DNA from: Pseudomonadota bacterium
GTDB taxonomy: Bacteria > Pseudomonadota > Gammaproteobacteria > Burkholderiales > Burkholderiaceae_F
Assembly (NCBI GenBank): GCA_021838715.1
Contig: JAKCCX010000006.1
Coordinates: 7,948-71,947, forward strand
Direction of reading: 5' to 3'
DNA length: 64,000 nucleotides
The notes beneath the pieces are model-generated. The model did no database searches. It worked only from the letters and a program-made list of their open reading frames with translations, and had not been told where the DNA came from. Position 1 is the first letter of the stretch. Every line of letters starts with the position of its first letter. Positions 1 to 9,757 of the stretch are shown piece by piece. The position numbers were made by a program, and so were the translations under genes.

Positions 1-2
1 AA

Positions 3-188
3 CTGCGCGCGGCGCTCACGCAGACCCTGGCGCCGCGCGGCGCCAGGGTGTTCTATCCGCCGACCGATCTCTGCACCGACAACGGCGCGATGATCGCCTA
101 CGCCGGATGGGTGCGGTTTTCGCTCGCCGGTCCCGGCGGCATCGAACCGCTGCGCGTCCACCCTCGGTGGGACCTCTGCAGCCAATAG
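3..188 (+). CDS. tsaD: tRNA threonylcarbamoyladenosine biosynthesis protein TsaD (Gcp/Kae1 family), C-terminal fragment; 5' end outside window
   Basis: Frame-3 translation reads ...VFYPPTDLCTDNGAMIAYAGW...RVHPRWDL with TAG at 186-188, the typical TsaD C-terminus. Absent from the ORF track because no start codon lies in the window. Confidence 0.8.
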   Translation: MRAALTQTLAPRGARVFYPPTDLCTDNGAMIAYAGWVRFSLAGPGGIEPLRVHPRWDLCSQ

Positions 189-193
189 GGCGC

Positions 194-841
194 TTATCGC
201 GCCTTCTTCCCGATCCGGCTTTCCGTCCCCGCACGCAACTTCGCGATATTGCCGCGATGGCGCCACACGAGGCACGCGGCCATGAATACGACAGCGAGCG
301 ACACCGGATCCGGACCGCGCAGCGCCAGCAGCCCGACCGCGGCTGCCACTGCGCTCGACATCGAGGCCAGCGAGGAATACCGGAACAGTGCGGCCATCAG
401 GAGCCAGACGCCGCAGGCGCCCAGCCCGACCGGGAAGTCGATCGCCAGCAGCGCTCCGAGGAACGTCGCCACGCCCTTTCCGCCCTGGAACCCCAGGAAC
501 ACCGGATAGAGATGGCCGAGAAACGCCGCCGCGCCGCACCACGGAACGACGGAATGCAGCGCCGCCCCCACCGGCAGGTTCACGCTGCCGGCATCCCGCG
601 CCGCCAGCCAGACCAGGCCGACCGCCAAAGCCCCCTTGCCGGAATCGCCCAACAAGGTGAGCAAGGCCGCGACCCTGCCGCCGCCGCGCAATACGTTGGT
701 CGCGCCGGGGTTGCGCGATCCATAGCTGCGCGGATCGGCCAACCCCATCGCCCGGCTGACGACGACCGCAAACGGCACCGATCCCAGCAGGTACGAAACG
801 ACGATCGCCAATCCGGCGGCGCCGGATGCCGCGACGCTCAT
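194..841 (-). CDS. plsY: Glycerol-3-phosphate acyltransferase PlsY
   Basis: ORF 194..1048 trimmed to the Met at 841 ([24 protein letters not shown]...). Motifs SRNPGATNV and FQGGKGVAT are present. ATGA start/stop overlap with ispH at 838-841. Confidence 0.85.
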   Translation of the reverse strand: MSVAASGAAGLAIVVSYLLGSVPFAVVVSRAMGLADPRSYGSRNPGATNVLRGGGRVAALLTLLGDSGKGALAVGLVWLAARDAGSVNLPVGAALHSVVPWCGAAAFLGHLYPVFLGFQGGKGVATFLGALLAIDFPVGLGACGVWLLMAALFRYSSLASMSSAVAAAVGLLALRGPDPVSLAVVFMAACLVWRHRGNIAKLRAGTESRIGKKAR

Positions 842-1815
842 GCGCCGCTCACCGGCGCCCCCCCTCCCGCGGACACCGTCCCGCCCAAACCCTTGGGCAA
901 GGGAAACACCATGTTTTCCACCACCCCGGCGACCGCGTGGACGGACGCCGCGCCAAGATTGCGCAAGCGCTCCGTCACCTGCTGCACCAGCACTTCGGGG
1001 GCGGAGGCACCGGCGGTGATCCCGACCCGCGCCACACCCTCCAGCCAAGCCGGGTCGATGTCCGCCGCACTGTCCACGAGATAGGCGCGAATGCCCATGC
1101 GCTCGGCAACCTCGCGCAAGCGGTTGGAATTCGAACTGGTACGGCTACCGACGACGATCATCATGTCCACCCGCGGCGCCAGCACCTTTACGGCATCCTG
1201 CCGGTTCTGGGTTGCGTAACAAATGTCGCCGCGCTTGGGTTCGGCGATATCGGGAAAACGCTGCTTGAGCGCGATGACGATCCGCGCCGCATCGTCGATC
1301 GACAGGGTGGTCTGGGTCACATACGCCAGCGCACGGGGATCGGCGACCTGAAGCCGCGCGACGTCATCCTCGGTTTCGACGAGATAGATTCCGCCGTCGG
1401 TCTGCCCCATGGTGCCGTCGACCTCGGGGTGCCCGCGGTGACCGATCATCACGACCTCGCGGCCCTGGGCGCGCATGCGCGCCACCTCGGTGTGCACCTT
1501 GGTCACCAACGGACAGGTCGCATCGAAAACCCGCAGGCTGCGTTCGAGGGCGCGCGCATACACCGCGCGCGATACGCCGTGGGCGGAAAACACCACGGTC
1601 GCCCCTTCCGGAATGTCCTCGATCTCCTCGACGAACACCGCCCCCTGGGCGCGGAGGTCGTCCACCACGTACGTGTTGTGGACGATTTCATGCCGGACGT
1701 AGATCGGCGCACCGTACAACTGCAGTGCCCGGCGCACGATCTCGATGGCGCGATCGACCCCGGCGCAAAACCCGCGGGGCTGGGCGAGCAACACTTCCAT
1801 TTGTTGGCCTTTCAT
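838..1815 (-). CDS. ispH: 4-hydroxy-3-methylbut-2-enyl diphosphate reductase IspH/LytB
   Basis: [22 protein letters not shown]..., CPLVTKVH and SSNSNRL motifs. Start set at ATG 1815, preceded by GGGAG; ATG 1800 is an alternative. Confidence 0.9.
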   Translation of the reverse strand: MKGQQMEVLLAQPRGFCAGVDRAIEIVRRALQLYGAPIYVRHEIVHNTYVVDDLRAQGAVFVEEIEDIPEGATVVFSAHGVSRAVYARALERSLRVFDATCPLVTKVHTEVARMRAQGREVVMIGHRGHPEVDGTMGQTDGGIYLVETEDDVARLQVADPRALAYVTQTTLSIDDAARIVIALKQRFPDIAEPKRGDICYATQNRQDAVKVLAPRVDMMIVVGSRTSSNSNRLREVAERMGIRAYLVDSAADIDPAWLEGVARVGITAGASAPEVLVQQVTERLRNLGAASVHAVAGVVENMVFPLPKGLGGTVSAGGGAPVSGA

Positions 1816-1909
1816 AACTCCCATTCCCGTGGGTGCCAAACCCGCGCAACCGTCGTTCAATCAGTCGATTTCGTCGAAGACCCCCATTGTAATTTGAAGG
1901 AGCCTCCCG

Positions 1910-2584
1910 TTGGCGATCAAGGACTGGCCGGCATCGGAACGCCCCCGCGAGCGCCTGCTCGCGCACGGTCCCGCGGCATTGACCGACGCCGAACTGCTCG
2001 CCCTGCTGCTGGGCAGCGGCAGCGCAGCCGGCTCCGTGCTCGACCGCGCCCGCGACGCCCTGCAACATTTCGGCGGTCTCGGATGCCTGCTGACCGCGCC
2101 GCTCGATGCCGTGAAAGGCGTCCCCGGCTGGGGCCTGGCAAGCTACGCCCGCCTGCAGGCGGTGACGGAACTCGCCAAGCGCATGCTGCGGGAAGAGGCG
2201 GCTCGCCCCCAACCCCTCGACTCGCCGCAGAAGGTGCGGGAATATCTGTGTCTGTCCCTCGCCAACAAGGGCCATGAGTTGTTCGTCGTCCTGTTTCTCG
2301 ATGCCCAGCATCGCCTGATCGCGGGCGAAGAAATGTTCCGGGGCACGCTCACCCAGACCAGCGTCTACCCGCGGGAAATCGTCAAGCACGCCCTGCACCA
2401 CAACTGCGCGGCGGTGATCCTGGCCCACAACCACCCATCGGGCGTCGCCGAACCCAGCCGCGCCGACGAATCGCTGACGCGGGCGCTGCAAAATGCGCTG
2501 GCGCTGATCGATGTCCGGGTGCTCGACCACATCGTCGTGGCGGGCACGCGCAGCGTGTCGTTCGCCGAACGCGGAATGCTCTGA
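1910..2584 (+). CDS. radC: RadC-family (UPF0758, JAMM-like) protein
   Basis: MAIKDWPASERPRERLLAHGPAALTDAELLALLLGSGS... plus the HNHPSG motif near the C-terminus. TTG start as in the ORF track. Confidence 0.85.
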   Translation: MAIKDWPASERPRERLLAHGPAALTDAELLALLLGSGSAAGSVLDRARDALQHFGGLGCLLTAPLDAVKGVPGWGLASYARLQAVTELAKRMLREEAARPQPLDSPQKVREYLCLSLANKGHELFVVLFLDAQHRLIAGEEMFRGTLTQTSVYPREIVKHALHHNCAAVILAHNHPSGVAEPSRADESLTRALQNALALIDVRVLDHIVVAGTRSVSFAERGML

Positions 2585-2910
2585 CACAACCTGGACAATG
2601 TGAATCGGGAGCGCCGGCCCCATTTTCCGGCCAAGATCCGTACGGAACCCACAACACCAGCGCGGGAATACACGCACCGGGCATCCGGTCTTTCCGCAAA
2701 ACCGAAGCGCGTTCCTCGGGAATTCGGCAAAATACGCCCGATCAACGCGCCCGATCGCCGCAGCCAGGCGATGCCCCGGGTCCTTCTTCGTAGTCCGCCG
2801 CGCGACGCGGCGTCCGTTTCTTGCGAGGTCTCACGTTGTCCGAAGCCACTCCCACCCCATCCACCGAACCGGGCAAAGCCGCGCGCGGCCGCCGGTCCAA
2901 GCCGGATACC

Positions 2911-4098
2911 ATGACGCCCCTCGAGCGCAAGGCCGCCCGGAGCCTGGCATCAATCTACGGGCTGCGGATGCTCGGACTTTTCCTGATCCTGCCGGTGTTC
3001 TCGGTCTATGCCGAGCACCTGCCGATGGGCCACAACAAGACCCTCGTCGGCCTGGCACTGGGGATCTACGGTCTTACGCAGGCGCTCCTGCAGATCCCCC
3101 TGGGGGCGGCGAGTGACCGGTTCGGACGCAAGCCGGTGATGATGCTCGGTCTTGCCGTGTTTGCCGCCGGCTCGTTCATCGCCGGCGCCAGTCACGATCT
3201 CTACATCATCATCGTCGGCCGTGCGATCCAGGGGTCCGGCGCGATCTCCGCGGCGATCTCGGCAATGGTTGCCGACGCGACCCAGGAACACAATCGCACC
3301 AAGGCGATGGCCATGGTCGGCATGACCATCGGCATGAGTTTCGTGCTCTCGCTCATCGCCGGCCCGGCGCTCTACGACGCCATCAGCATTCCCGGCATGT
3401 TCATCCTGACCGGCGTGCTCGCGCTGGCGGCGATCGCGGTGGTGCGCTGGGTGGTGCCGGACGTTCCCATGACCACCCATGCCGAAGAGACCCAGGGCCA
3501 CTGGGCGCACGCGGTCTTCACCCCCGCGCTGCTGAAGCTCGACTTCTCGATCTTCGTGGTCAACTTCCTGCAACTGAGCATGTTCGTCGTGCTGCCGGTC
3601 GCGCTCGTCAAGTACGCCGGCATTCCCCTGCTGCATCACTGGATGATCTATCTGCCGGTGACGATCATCTCGTTCGCGCTGGCCATCCCGGGGATCATCC
3701 AGGCGGAAAAGCACGGCCACATGAAAACCGTGTTCGTAGGCGCGGTGGCCCTGCTTCTCGTGACCATGATCCTGTTCGCCCTGGGCTATCGCAGCACGTT
3801 CGCACTGATTGCCGCCCTGTTCCTGTTCTTCGTCGCATTCAACCTGATGGAGGCGCTGCTGCCGTCGCTGGTGTCCCGCACCGCGCCGCCGTCCCGCAAG
3901 GGACTGGCGCTGGGGATCTACAACACGGGGCAGTCGCTTGGGCTCTTTGCCGGCGGCGCGGTAGGCGGCCTGCTCGCGCAGTATGCCGGCCCGCAGACGG
4001 TGTTCCTGGTCGCCGCGGCGATCGCCGCGGTCTGGCTGGCCGTCGCCTTCACGGTGAAGCCGCCGGTGCGCCGCAAGCCGCAGCCCGCCGCAGCCTGA
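2911..4098 (+). CDS. MFS transporter
   Basis: ORF 2821..4098 trimmed to ATG 2911 (MTPLERKAARSL...). It has about 12 hydrophobic segments and the MFS loop motif GAASDRFGRKP. Substrate unknown. Confidence 0.75.
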   Translation: MTPLERKAARSLASIYGLRMLGLFLILPVFSVYAEHLPMGHNKTLVGLALGIYGLTQALLQIPLGAASDRFGRKPVMMLGLAVFAAGSFIAGASHDLYIIIVGRAIQGSGAISAAISAMVADATQEHNRTKAMAMVGMTIGMSFVLSLIAGPALYDAISIPGMFILTGVLALAAIAVVRWVVPDVPMTTHAEETQGHWAHAVFTPALLKLDFSIFVVNFLQLSMFVVLPVALVKYAGIPLLHHWMIYLPVTIISFALAIPGIIQAEKHGHMKTVFVGAVALLLVTMILFALGYRSTFALIAALFLFFVAFNLMEALLPSLVSRTAPPSRKGLALGIYNTGQSLGLFAGGAVGGLLAQYAGPQTVFLVAAAIAAVWLAVAFTVKPPVRRKPQPAAA

Positions 4099-4252
4099 GC
4101 CGGGAATCGCTGCACAGCACCGCACGCGGGGGCCCGGACCGGGTTCCCGCGCCGTCGGCCCGGCGGCTTGGCGCGACCGCCGCCCCGGGAAGAATTTTCG
4201 GATATAATTTTCGGCTTTATTCGCCCAACCGGGGCACGGAAGGAACATCAAC

Positions 4253-4486
4253 ATGGCTCGCGTCTGCATCGTCACGAAAAAGCGGCCGATGGTCGGGAAC
4301 CGCGTTTCGCACGCGAACAACAAGACCAAACGCCGTTTCCTGCCGAACCTGCAATACCGCCGTTTCTGGCTCGAAGAGCAGAAGCGCTGGATCCGCCTGC
4401 GCATCAGCAACGCCGCACTGCGCACCATCGACAAGCTCGGCATCGACGCGGTCGTCGCCGATCTGCAAGCCAAGGGCGAGCTCTAA
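4253..4486 (+). CDS. rpmB: 50S ribosomal protein L28
   Basis: [34 protein letters not shown]... is a canonical L28 sequence. Confidence 0.95.
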   Translation: MARVCIVTKKRPMVGNRVSHANNKTKRRFLPNLQYRRFWLEEQKRWIRLRISNAALRTIDKLGIDAVVADLQAKGEL

Positions 4487-4535
4487 GAGACTCGGCAGCC
4501 GGAAGGCGTCCGTCACCACATAACCGGAGATCACC

Positions 4536-4703
4536 ATGGCAAAAGGAGCGCGGGAAAAGATCAAGCTGGAATCCTCTGCGGGTACCGGCCACTTCTACAC
4601 CACGACCAAGAACAAGCGCACCAAACCGGAAAAGATGGAACTCATGAAGTTCGATCCGGTTGCGCGCAAGCACGTGAGCTACAAGGAAACCAAGCTCAAG
4701 TAG
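4536..4703 (+). CDS. rpmG: 50S ribosomal protein L33
   Basis: Below the ORF-track size cutoff. ATG 4536 to TAG 4701-4703 translates to [55 protein letters not shown], with GGAGA 7 nt upstream. Confidence 0.9.
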   Translation: MAKGAREKIKLESSAGTGHFYTTTKNKRTKPEKMELMKFDPVARKHVSYKETKLK

Positions 4704-4724
4704 GCGGCGCGGCTGCAACGGTCG

Positions 4725-4755
4725 AAAAAAATCCCGGCAATGCCGGGATTTTTTT
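4725..4755. terminator. Bidirectional rho-independent terminator between rpmG and the convergent desaturase gene
   Basis: AAAAAAATCCCGGCAATGCCGGGATTTTTTT: an 8-bp stem (4731-4738/4742-4749) with a 3-nt loop, flanked by an A-run and a T-run. Confidence 0.8.
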
Positions 4756-4835
4756 CATCCGCCGCTGCCGCAACAGGCTGTTCCGGCAGCGGCGGCAGGG
4801 TCAAGACAAGCAAGACAAGATCGCAGCGCGAAACA

Positions 4836-6038
4836 TCAGACCGGCGCCGGCGCATACGCGCGGATGCGCGCGGCGATCTCTTGCAGCGCCCTGCTGCCGC
4901 TGGCCTCCGCCCGCGCGACCCAGTCCTGAAGGTTGTGCAGCATCTGCTCGCGCGACGCCGCCGCCTGCATCCAGATCTGCGCCAGTTCGGCCCGCATTTC
5001 CACCACCGTATGCAGCGCGCGGCTGTGGCGCAACAGGTCGCTCAACGACTCGCGCTGGGGCTCGGGAACGTCCGACATATCCTTGTGGATCCAGCGCTGC
5101 AGGCCGGAAAACCGGGCTCGCTCGGCGGACGTGAGTTTGGCGATTTCCTGCCGGAACTCGCGGCGGACCTCCCGCGTAAAGCGCGCGAGCAGTTCATAGC
5201 GATTGTTGATCAGGGTCTGCAAGGTGCCCAGGTCGATCGGCGTGTGCGCGGTCGCGCCGTCCAGCATCTGCGGCTTGGGAGCGACCCGCAGGACCTTCGC
5301 CAGGCCCAGCGACTGCAGGATGCGGATGTAGCCCCAACCGATGTCGAACTCGTACCACTTGTAGGAGAGTTTCGCCGAAGTCGGGAAGGTATGGTGATTG
5401 TTGTGCAGTTCCTCCCCGCCGATCAGCCACCCGAGCGGAGAGATATTGGTGCTGGCGTCGGGGCAGTCGAAATTGCGATACCCCCAGAAGTGCGCAACCC
5501 CGTTGATCACGCCCGCGGCGAAGAACGGAATCCACATCATCTGCACCGCCCAGACCGTGATCCCGACAACGCCGAAGAGCAGGAAATCGGCGATCAGCAT
5601 GGTCGCGCAGCCGTGCCAGATCCAGCGGGAATAGACGTTGCGCTCGACCCAGTCGTCGGGCGTGCCGCGGCTGAAGCGCGCGATCGTTTCGGAATTCTTC
5701 CGCTCCGCCATGTAGAGCTCCGCCCCGCCCAGCAGCACGGTACGCAGCCCGCGCGTCTGCGGGCTGTGGGGATCTTCCGGCGTTTCGCACTTGGCGTGGT
5801 GCTTGCGGTGCACGGAAACCCAGTCGCGGGTCTGCATGCCCGTCGTCAGCCAGAGCCACAACCGGAAGAAGTGGCTCACGATCGGGTGCAGATCCAGCGC
5901 GCGATGCGCCTGCGAACGGTGCAGGTAAATGGTCACCGCGGCGATCGTCACGTGGGTCATCGCCAGGGTGGCAAACACCGTCTGCCACGCCGTCAGGCCC
6001 AGCAGTCCGTTGTGCAGGAAATTCAGCACCGATTCCAT
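4836..6038 (-). CDS. Membrane fatty-acid (acyl-CoA/acyl-lipid delta-9 type) desaturase
   Basis: Three histidine boxes (HRSQAH, HRKHH, HNNHH) with hydrophobic N-terminal segments. About 400 aa, like Pseudomonas DesA-type enzymes. Confidence 0.8.
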   Translation of the reverse strand: MESVLNFLHNGLLGLTAWQTVFATLAMTHVTIAAVTIYLHRSQAHRALDLHPIVSHFFRLWLWLTTGMQTRDWVSVHRKHHAKCETPEDPHSPQTRGLRTVLLGGAELYMAERKNSETIARFSRGTPDDWVERNVYSRWIWHGCATMLIADFLLFGVVGITVWAVQMMWIPFFAAGVINGVAHFWGYRNFDCPDASTNISPLGWLIGGEELHNNHHTFPTSAKLSYKWYEFDIGWGYIRILQSLGLAKVLRVAPKPQMLDGATAHTPIDLGTLQTLINNRYELLARFTREVRREFRQEIAKLTSAERARFSGLQRWIHKDMSDVPEPQRESLSDLLRHSRALHTVVEMRAELAQIWMQAAASREQMLHNLQDWVARAEASGSRALQEIAARIRAYAPAPV

Positions 6039-6146
6039 CGCGTCTCCGCAAAGCTGTGGAAAAAGAAAATTGCTCCAATGTTACCGGAGTGACGGGAAAT
6101 CGGAAAGCCTGTACGGAAATCCCGTATCGGGACGGCGGGACGCGCT

Positions 6147-7448
6147 CTACAGCGTCTGCGGCGCCAGTTCGATCCCGCCCGCCCGCAGGCGCTCGTATGC
6201 CGCCTTGGCGACATCCGACAGGATCCGTCCGGTTCCGATTTCCGGATCGGCGATCCAGAACCGCAGTTCCCACAGCAGGTTGCCGCCGGGGAACTCGATG
6301 AGGCGCGCCTCCGGCGCCGGATCCGCCAGTACCCGTGCGACCGACGCCGCGGCGGCTTCCAGTTCCGCCTGCAGATACCCCGCGTCCCGTCCCTGCCGCA
6401 CCGCGAGCCGGATGTGCAGGTTGACGCGGCGATCGCTCAAGGTCGTGTTGACGACGGGCTGCGAGATCAGGATTTCATTGGGTACGGTGGCCTCCGTGCC
6501 GTCGCTGGCGCGCAGCAGGGTGTAGCGGGCGGTGATCCGCGTGACTTCGCCCTGGTACTTGTCCGCGGCGACGATGTCGCCGATCCGCAGGCTGCGATCC
6601 AGCAGCAGGATGAACCCGCTAACGTAGTTGCTGACGATCCGCTGCAGGCCGAGCCCCAGGCCGACGCCCAAGGCGCCGCCGAACACCGACAGAATCGTCA
6701 GATCGATACCCGAAACCGCAAGCGCGAACAGCATTCCCACCACCAGGAATGCGGCGCGCGCGACCCGCCCGAGCACCAGGCGCAGGTTCGGGTCCAACTC
6801 CGGCTCGACGCTCAGCCGCTCTTCGACCAGCGAACCCGCCCACATTGCCGCGAGCAGCGCGCTCAGGGTGGTGACCGAGCCCACCAGCAGCGCCCAGATC
6901 GACACGGCGGTATTGCCCAGCGGAATGCGCGTCGCGGCGAGCCATGCCACCACGTCGCCCCACGCGCCGGTCGCATACAGGGCCGTGCCGACGAGGGCGA
7001 CCGCCGCGATGGCGCGCTCGAACCGCACGATGAGCGTCGCAGAGTGGAGCCCGTGCCGCAGCAGGTAGAACAACAGGCGGACCACCGCCAGCGTGCCGAC
7101 GAGCACGGCGGCGAACCGGATCAGGCGCGCATCGGCGCTACCCGCGATCACATGGGTGACCCGCAGAACGCCTTCGCCGACCCACAGCAGCAGGAACGAA
7201 AAAAGCGGATACGCGATGTAGAGCAGTCCGTCGATCGTCGCCGGCAGGGTCTTGTGGCGCGCGTCGCCATTCGCCATCGCCGAGGCGCGACCGCCGCCCC
7301 ACTGCGCCAGGGCACGCTCGGCAAACCACGCTGCGACCAGAGCCGCCACGATCACCACCGCCTGCCACGCATGCTGGGGGCGGGACAGGCCGTTGGCGAT
7401 CGCGTGGAAGAGTTCCTGGATCGGTGACGGGTCGCCGTTCTGCATCAT
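6147..7448 (-). CDS. Mechanosensitive ion channel, MscS family
   Basis: ORF trimmed to ATG 7448 (MMQNGDPSP...). Several TM segments, then ...NYVSGFILLLDRSLRIGDIV... and a beta-rich C-terminal domain. ATGA overlap with the rsmB-like stop. Confidence 0.75.
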   Translation of the reverse strand: MMQNGDPSPIQELFHAIANGLSRPQHAWQAVVIVAALVAAWFAERALAQWGGGRASAMANGDARHKTLPATIDGLLYIAYPLFSFLLLWVGEGVLRVTHVIAGSADARLIRFAAVLVGTLAVVRLLFYLLRHGLHSATLIVRFERAIAAVALVGTALYATGAWGDVVAWLAATRIPLGNTAVSIWALLVGSVTTLSALLAAMWAGSLVEERLSVEPELDPNLRLVLGRVARAAFLVVGMLFALAVSGIDLTILSVFGGALGVGLGLGLQRIVSNYVSGFILLLDRSLRIGDIVAADKYQGEVTRITARYTLLRASDGTEATVPNEILISQPVVNTTLSDRRVNLHIRLAVRQGRDAGYLQAELEAAAASVARVLADPAPEARLIEFPGGNLLWELRFWIADPEIGTGRILSDVAKAAYERLRAGGIELAPQTL

Positions 7449-8959
7449 CCGCGCACGCGTTCCAGAACCGCCGCAAAAAAGCCGTCGCAGCCGTGCAGAT
7501 GCGGCAGCATGACGAACCACGGCGCAAAACGCGCGGCATGGTCGACGTCGATCCCCTGTGCGGCCAGGATCGCGGGCGCGTCGACCACCGCGAACTGCGG
7601 GTGGTCGGCGACAAAACGCTCGATCATCTCCTGGTTTTCCTCGGCCAGTACCGAGCAGGTCGAATACACCAGCCGCCCGCCGGGTTTGACGAGGCGCGCC
7701 GCGCCCGCGAGCACGGCCGCCTGCACCCCTTTGAGACGCGCCACTTCGCGTTCGTCAAACCGCCACTTGAGGTCGGGGTTGCGCCGCAGCGTCCCGGTTC
7801 CCGAACAGGGCGCATCGACGAGCACCCGGTCGATCTTGCCGGCGAGGCGCTTGACGCGCGCGTCCGCCTCGCTCGCGATCGCCGCCGGATAGACGTTCGA
7901 CAGGCCGCTGCGGGCGAGGCGCGGCCCCAGGCCGGCAAGTCGCTTGGCATGCACGTCGAAGGCATAGAGCCGCCCGGTGGAGCGCATGAGCGCGCCCAGG
8001 GCCAGGGTCTTGCCCCCCGCGCCGGCGCAGAAATCCACCACCATCTCGCCGCGCCGCGGCGCCATCAGCCGCGCGATGAGCTGGCTGCCTTCATCCTGCA
8101 CCTCGATCAGCCCGTCCTGGTACAACGGCCAGCGCGTGAGCGCCGGTTTGTCCATCAGCCGGATCCCGTCGGGGCTGTATGGGGTCGGCTCGGCCCCCAG
8201 CGGCCCGTGAATGCGGGTTGCGCTGCGCAGTTCGGCGAGCACCGCCTCGCGCTCGGCCTTCAGCGTATTGACCCGCAAATCGAGCGGCGCGGGCTGCGCC
8301 AGGGCTTCGAACAAGGCGCGCCAGTCGTCCGGATATTGCGCCTGCACCCGCGCAAACAACCACGAGGGCACTTCGGCCTGCACCGCCGGGGGTGCATGCC
8401 GCAGATCGATCCCCAGTGCGCTGCGCACCGCACGCTCGTCGCCGCGCAGGCTGCGGGAGCCCAGCGCCGCGATGCCGTGCTGACGCGCCAGCACTGTCAT
8501 CGCGGCCAGGCGCGGCGCACGCAGCGGATCGGCGGTCTGGAGAATCCAGCGCAGGCTCGCCAGACGACGCAACGCATCGAATGCCGCTTCCGCAACCAGA
8601 CTGCGGTCGCGCGGCCCCAACTGGCGATCCATCTTGAAATGCCGGGACATGAGGGCGTCGGCCGGGCCGTCGAACCGCAAGAGCACCGCCAGCAGTTTCG
8701 CCAGGCTGTCGACGACCTGTGAAGTGATGCGTACCGGACGCGCGCCGGCCGCCGCCGGGACCGCCACCTCGTCGAACCCGACGTCACGCTCCGCCGCCCC
8801 CTGCGGCGCTCCGCGCGCCGGATTCCGGGCCGGCGTCCGTGCCGGGCTTCGTGCCGCCGGGCTCCGTGCCGATTTTCCGGGCTTTGCGGTCCGGTCGCTC
8901 TTCGCCGCCTTGGCCGCCTTGGCCGGCCTGGCCGTCTTCGCGGTCTTCATGGTTCGCAT
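7445..8959 (-). CDS. rsmB: SAM-dependent RNA m5C methyltransferase, RsmB/Sun (NOL1/NOP2) family, with a Lys/Ala/Pro-rich N-terminal tail
   Basis: C-terminal part of the 1133-aa track ORF: DFCAGAGGKT, DRVLVDAPCSGTGTLRRNPD and GGRLVYSTCS motifs. Start at ATG 8959 (MRTMKTAK...) or ATG 8950, which makes an ATGA overlap with purN. Confidence 0.75.
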   Translation of the reverse strand: MRTMKTAKTARPAKAAKAAKSDRTAKPGKSARSPAARSPARTPARNPARGAPQGAAERDVGFDEVAVPAAAGARPVRITSQVVDSLAKLLAVLLRFDGPADALMSRHFKMDRQLGPRDRSLVAEAAFDALRRLASLRWILQTADPLRAPRLAAMTVLARQHGIAALGSRSLRGDERAVRSALGIDLRHAPPAVQAEVPSWLFARVQAQYPDDWRALFEALAQPAPLDLRVNTLKAEREAVLAELRSATRIHGPLGAEPTPYSPDGIRLMDKPALTRWPLYQDGLIEVQDEGSQLIARLMAPRRGEMVVDFCAGAGGKTLALGALMRSTGRLYAFDVHAKRLAGLGPRLARSGLSNVYPAAIASEADARVKRLAGKIDRVLVDAPCSGTGTLRRNPDLKWRFDEREVARLKGVQAAVLAGAARLVKPGGRLVYSTCSVLAEENQEMIERFVADHPQFAVVDAPAILAAQGIDVDHAARFAPWFVMLPHLHGCDGFFAAVLERVRG

Positions 8960-9627
8960 TGCAGCAACTCCTGCCGGCTCAGGCCGCGCACCGCGACCCG
9001 CCCTTGTTCGAGCCGCGCCGCGCCGGCGAGCAGCCAGCGGACGCAGCGCGGTAACAGCCCATGCTCCATCGCCAGCACCCGCGCCGCGAGCGACTCCTCG
9101 GTATCGGCGGGATCGACCGCCAGGGCCGCCTGGCCGATGATCGGTCCCGCGTCGAGTTCTCCGGTGACGAAATGCACCGTCGTGCCATGCACGCGTACGC
9201 CGGCCTCGAGCGCCCGGCGGTGGGTCGCCAACCCCGGAAACGCCGGCAGCAGCGAGGGATGAATGTTGATCAGGCGGCCGGCGTAGTGGGCGACGAAGGC
9301 GGGCGTGAGCACCCGCATGAATCCGGCCAGGATCACCAGGGCCGGATCGAACGCATCGATGGCCGTGCGCAAGTCGGCATCGAAGGCCTCGCGGGACGGG
9401 TACCCGGCGTGATCCAGAACGCGGGTCGGCACGCCGTACTCCTGGGCGATCGCCAGACCGCGGACGCCGGGACGATTGGAAACGACGGCGGCGACCCGGG
9501 CATTCGGGCTGTCCGCCTGACTGTCGGCCCAGTTTTCCTCGCGCGCCGTGCGCAGGATGGCCTCGAGGTTGCTGCCGCGACCGGAGATCAGGCAGACGAT
9601 GTTTTTCGGGGAAGAAGGTTCGATCAT
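8947..9627 (-). CDS. purN: Phosphoribosylglycinamide formyltransferase PurN
   Basis: ISGRGSNLEAIL, NIHPSLLP and GTTVHFVTGELDAGPII motifs. Confidence 0.9.
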   Translation of the reverse strand: MIEPSSPKNIVCLISGRGSNLEAILRTAREENWADSQADSPNARVAAVVSNRPGVRGLAIAQEYGVPTRVLDHAGYPSREAFDADLRTAIDAFDPALVILAGFMRVLTPAFVAHYAGRLINIHPSLLPAFPGLATHRRALEAGVRVHGTTVHFVTGELDAGPIIGQAALAVDPADTEESLAARVLAMEHGLLPRCVRWLLAGAARLEQGRVAVRGLSRQELLQCEP

Positions 9628-9703
9628 TGTCTGCAGGATTGTACCGGTCGGCCCGGAAACGATGAAAAATCAAGGCATTCGAGGAGATAACCGTATACTT
9701 TGG

Positions 9704-9741
9704 CCCCCACCCCCGCCCTCTCCCGCAAGCGGGAGAGGAGG
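9704..9741 (+). repeat. REP-like GC-rich palindromic unit, intergenic copy (purN / ribF spacer)
   Basis: CCCCCACCCCCGCCCTCTCCCGC-AA-GCGGGAGAGG. The stem is 10 bp (9717-9726/9729-9738). Same core as the copies at 52748, 63221 and 63335. Confidence 0.8.
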
Positions 9742-9757
9742 AACCGACGCGCTTACC

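Noticed and set aside
9628-9757. FMN riboswitch upstream of ribF
   Set aside because: ribF is not normally riboswitch-controlled. The 130-nt spacer is mostly occupied by the REP-like hairpin, and I see nothing resembling the conserved multi-stem RFN structure.
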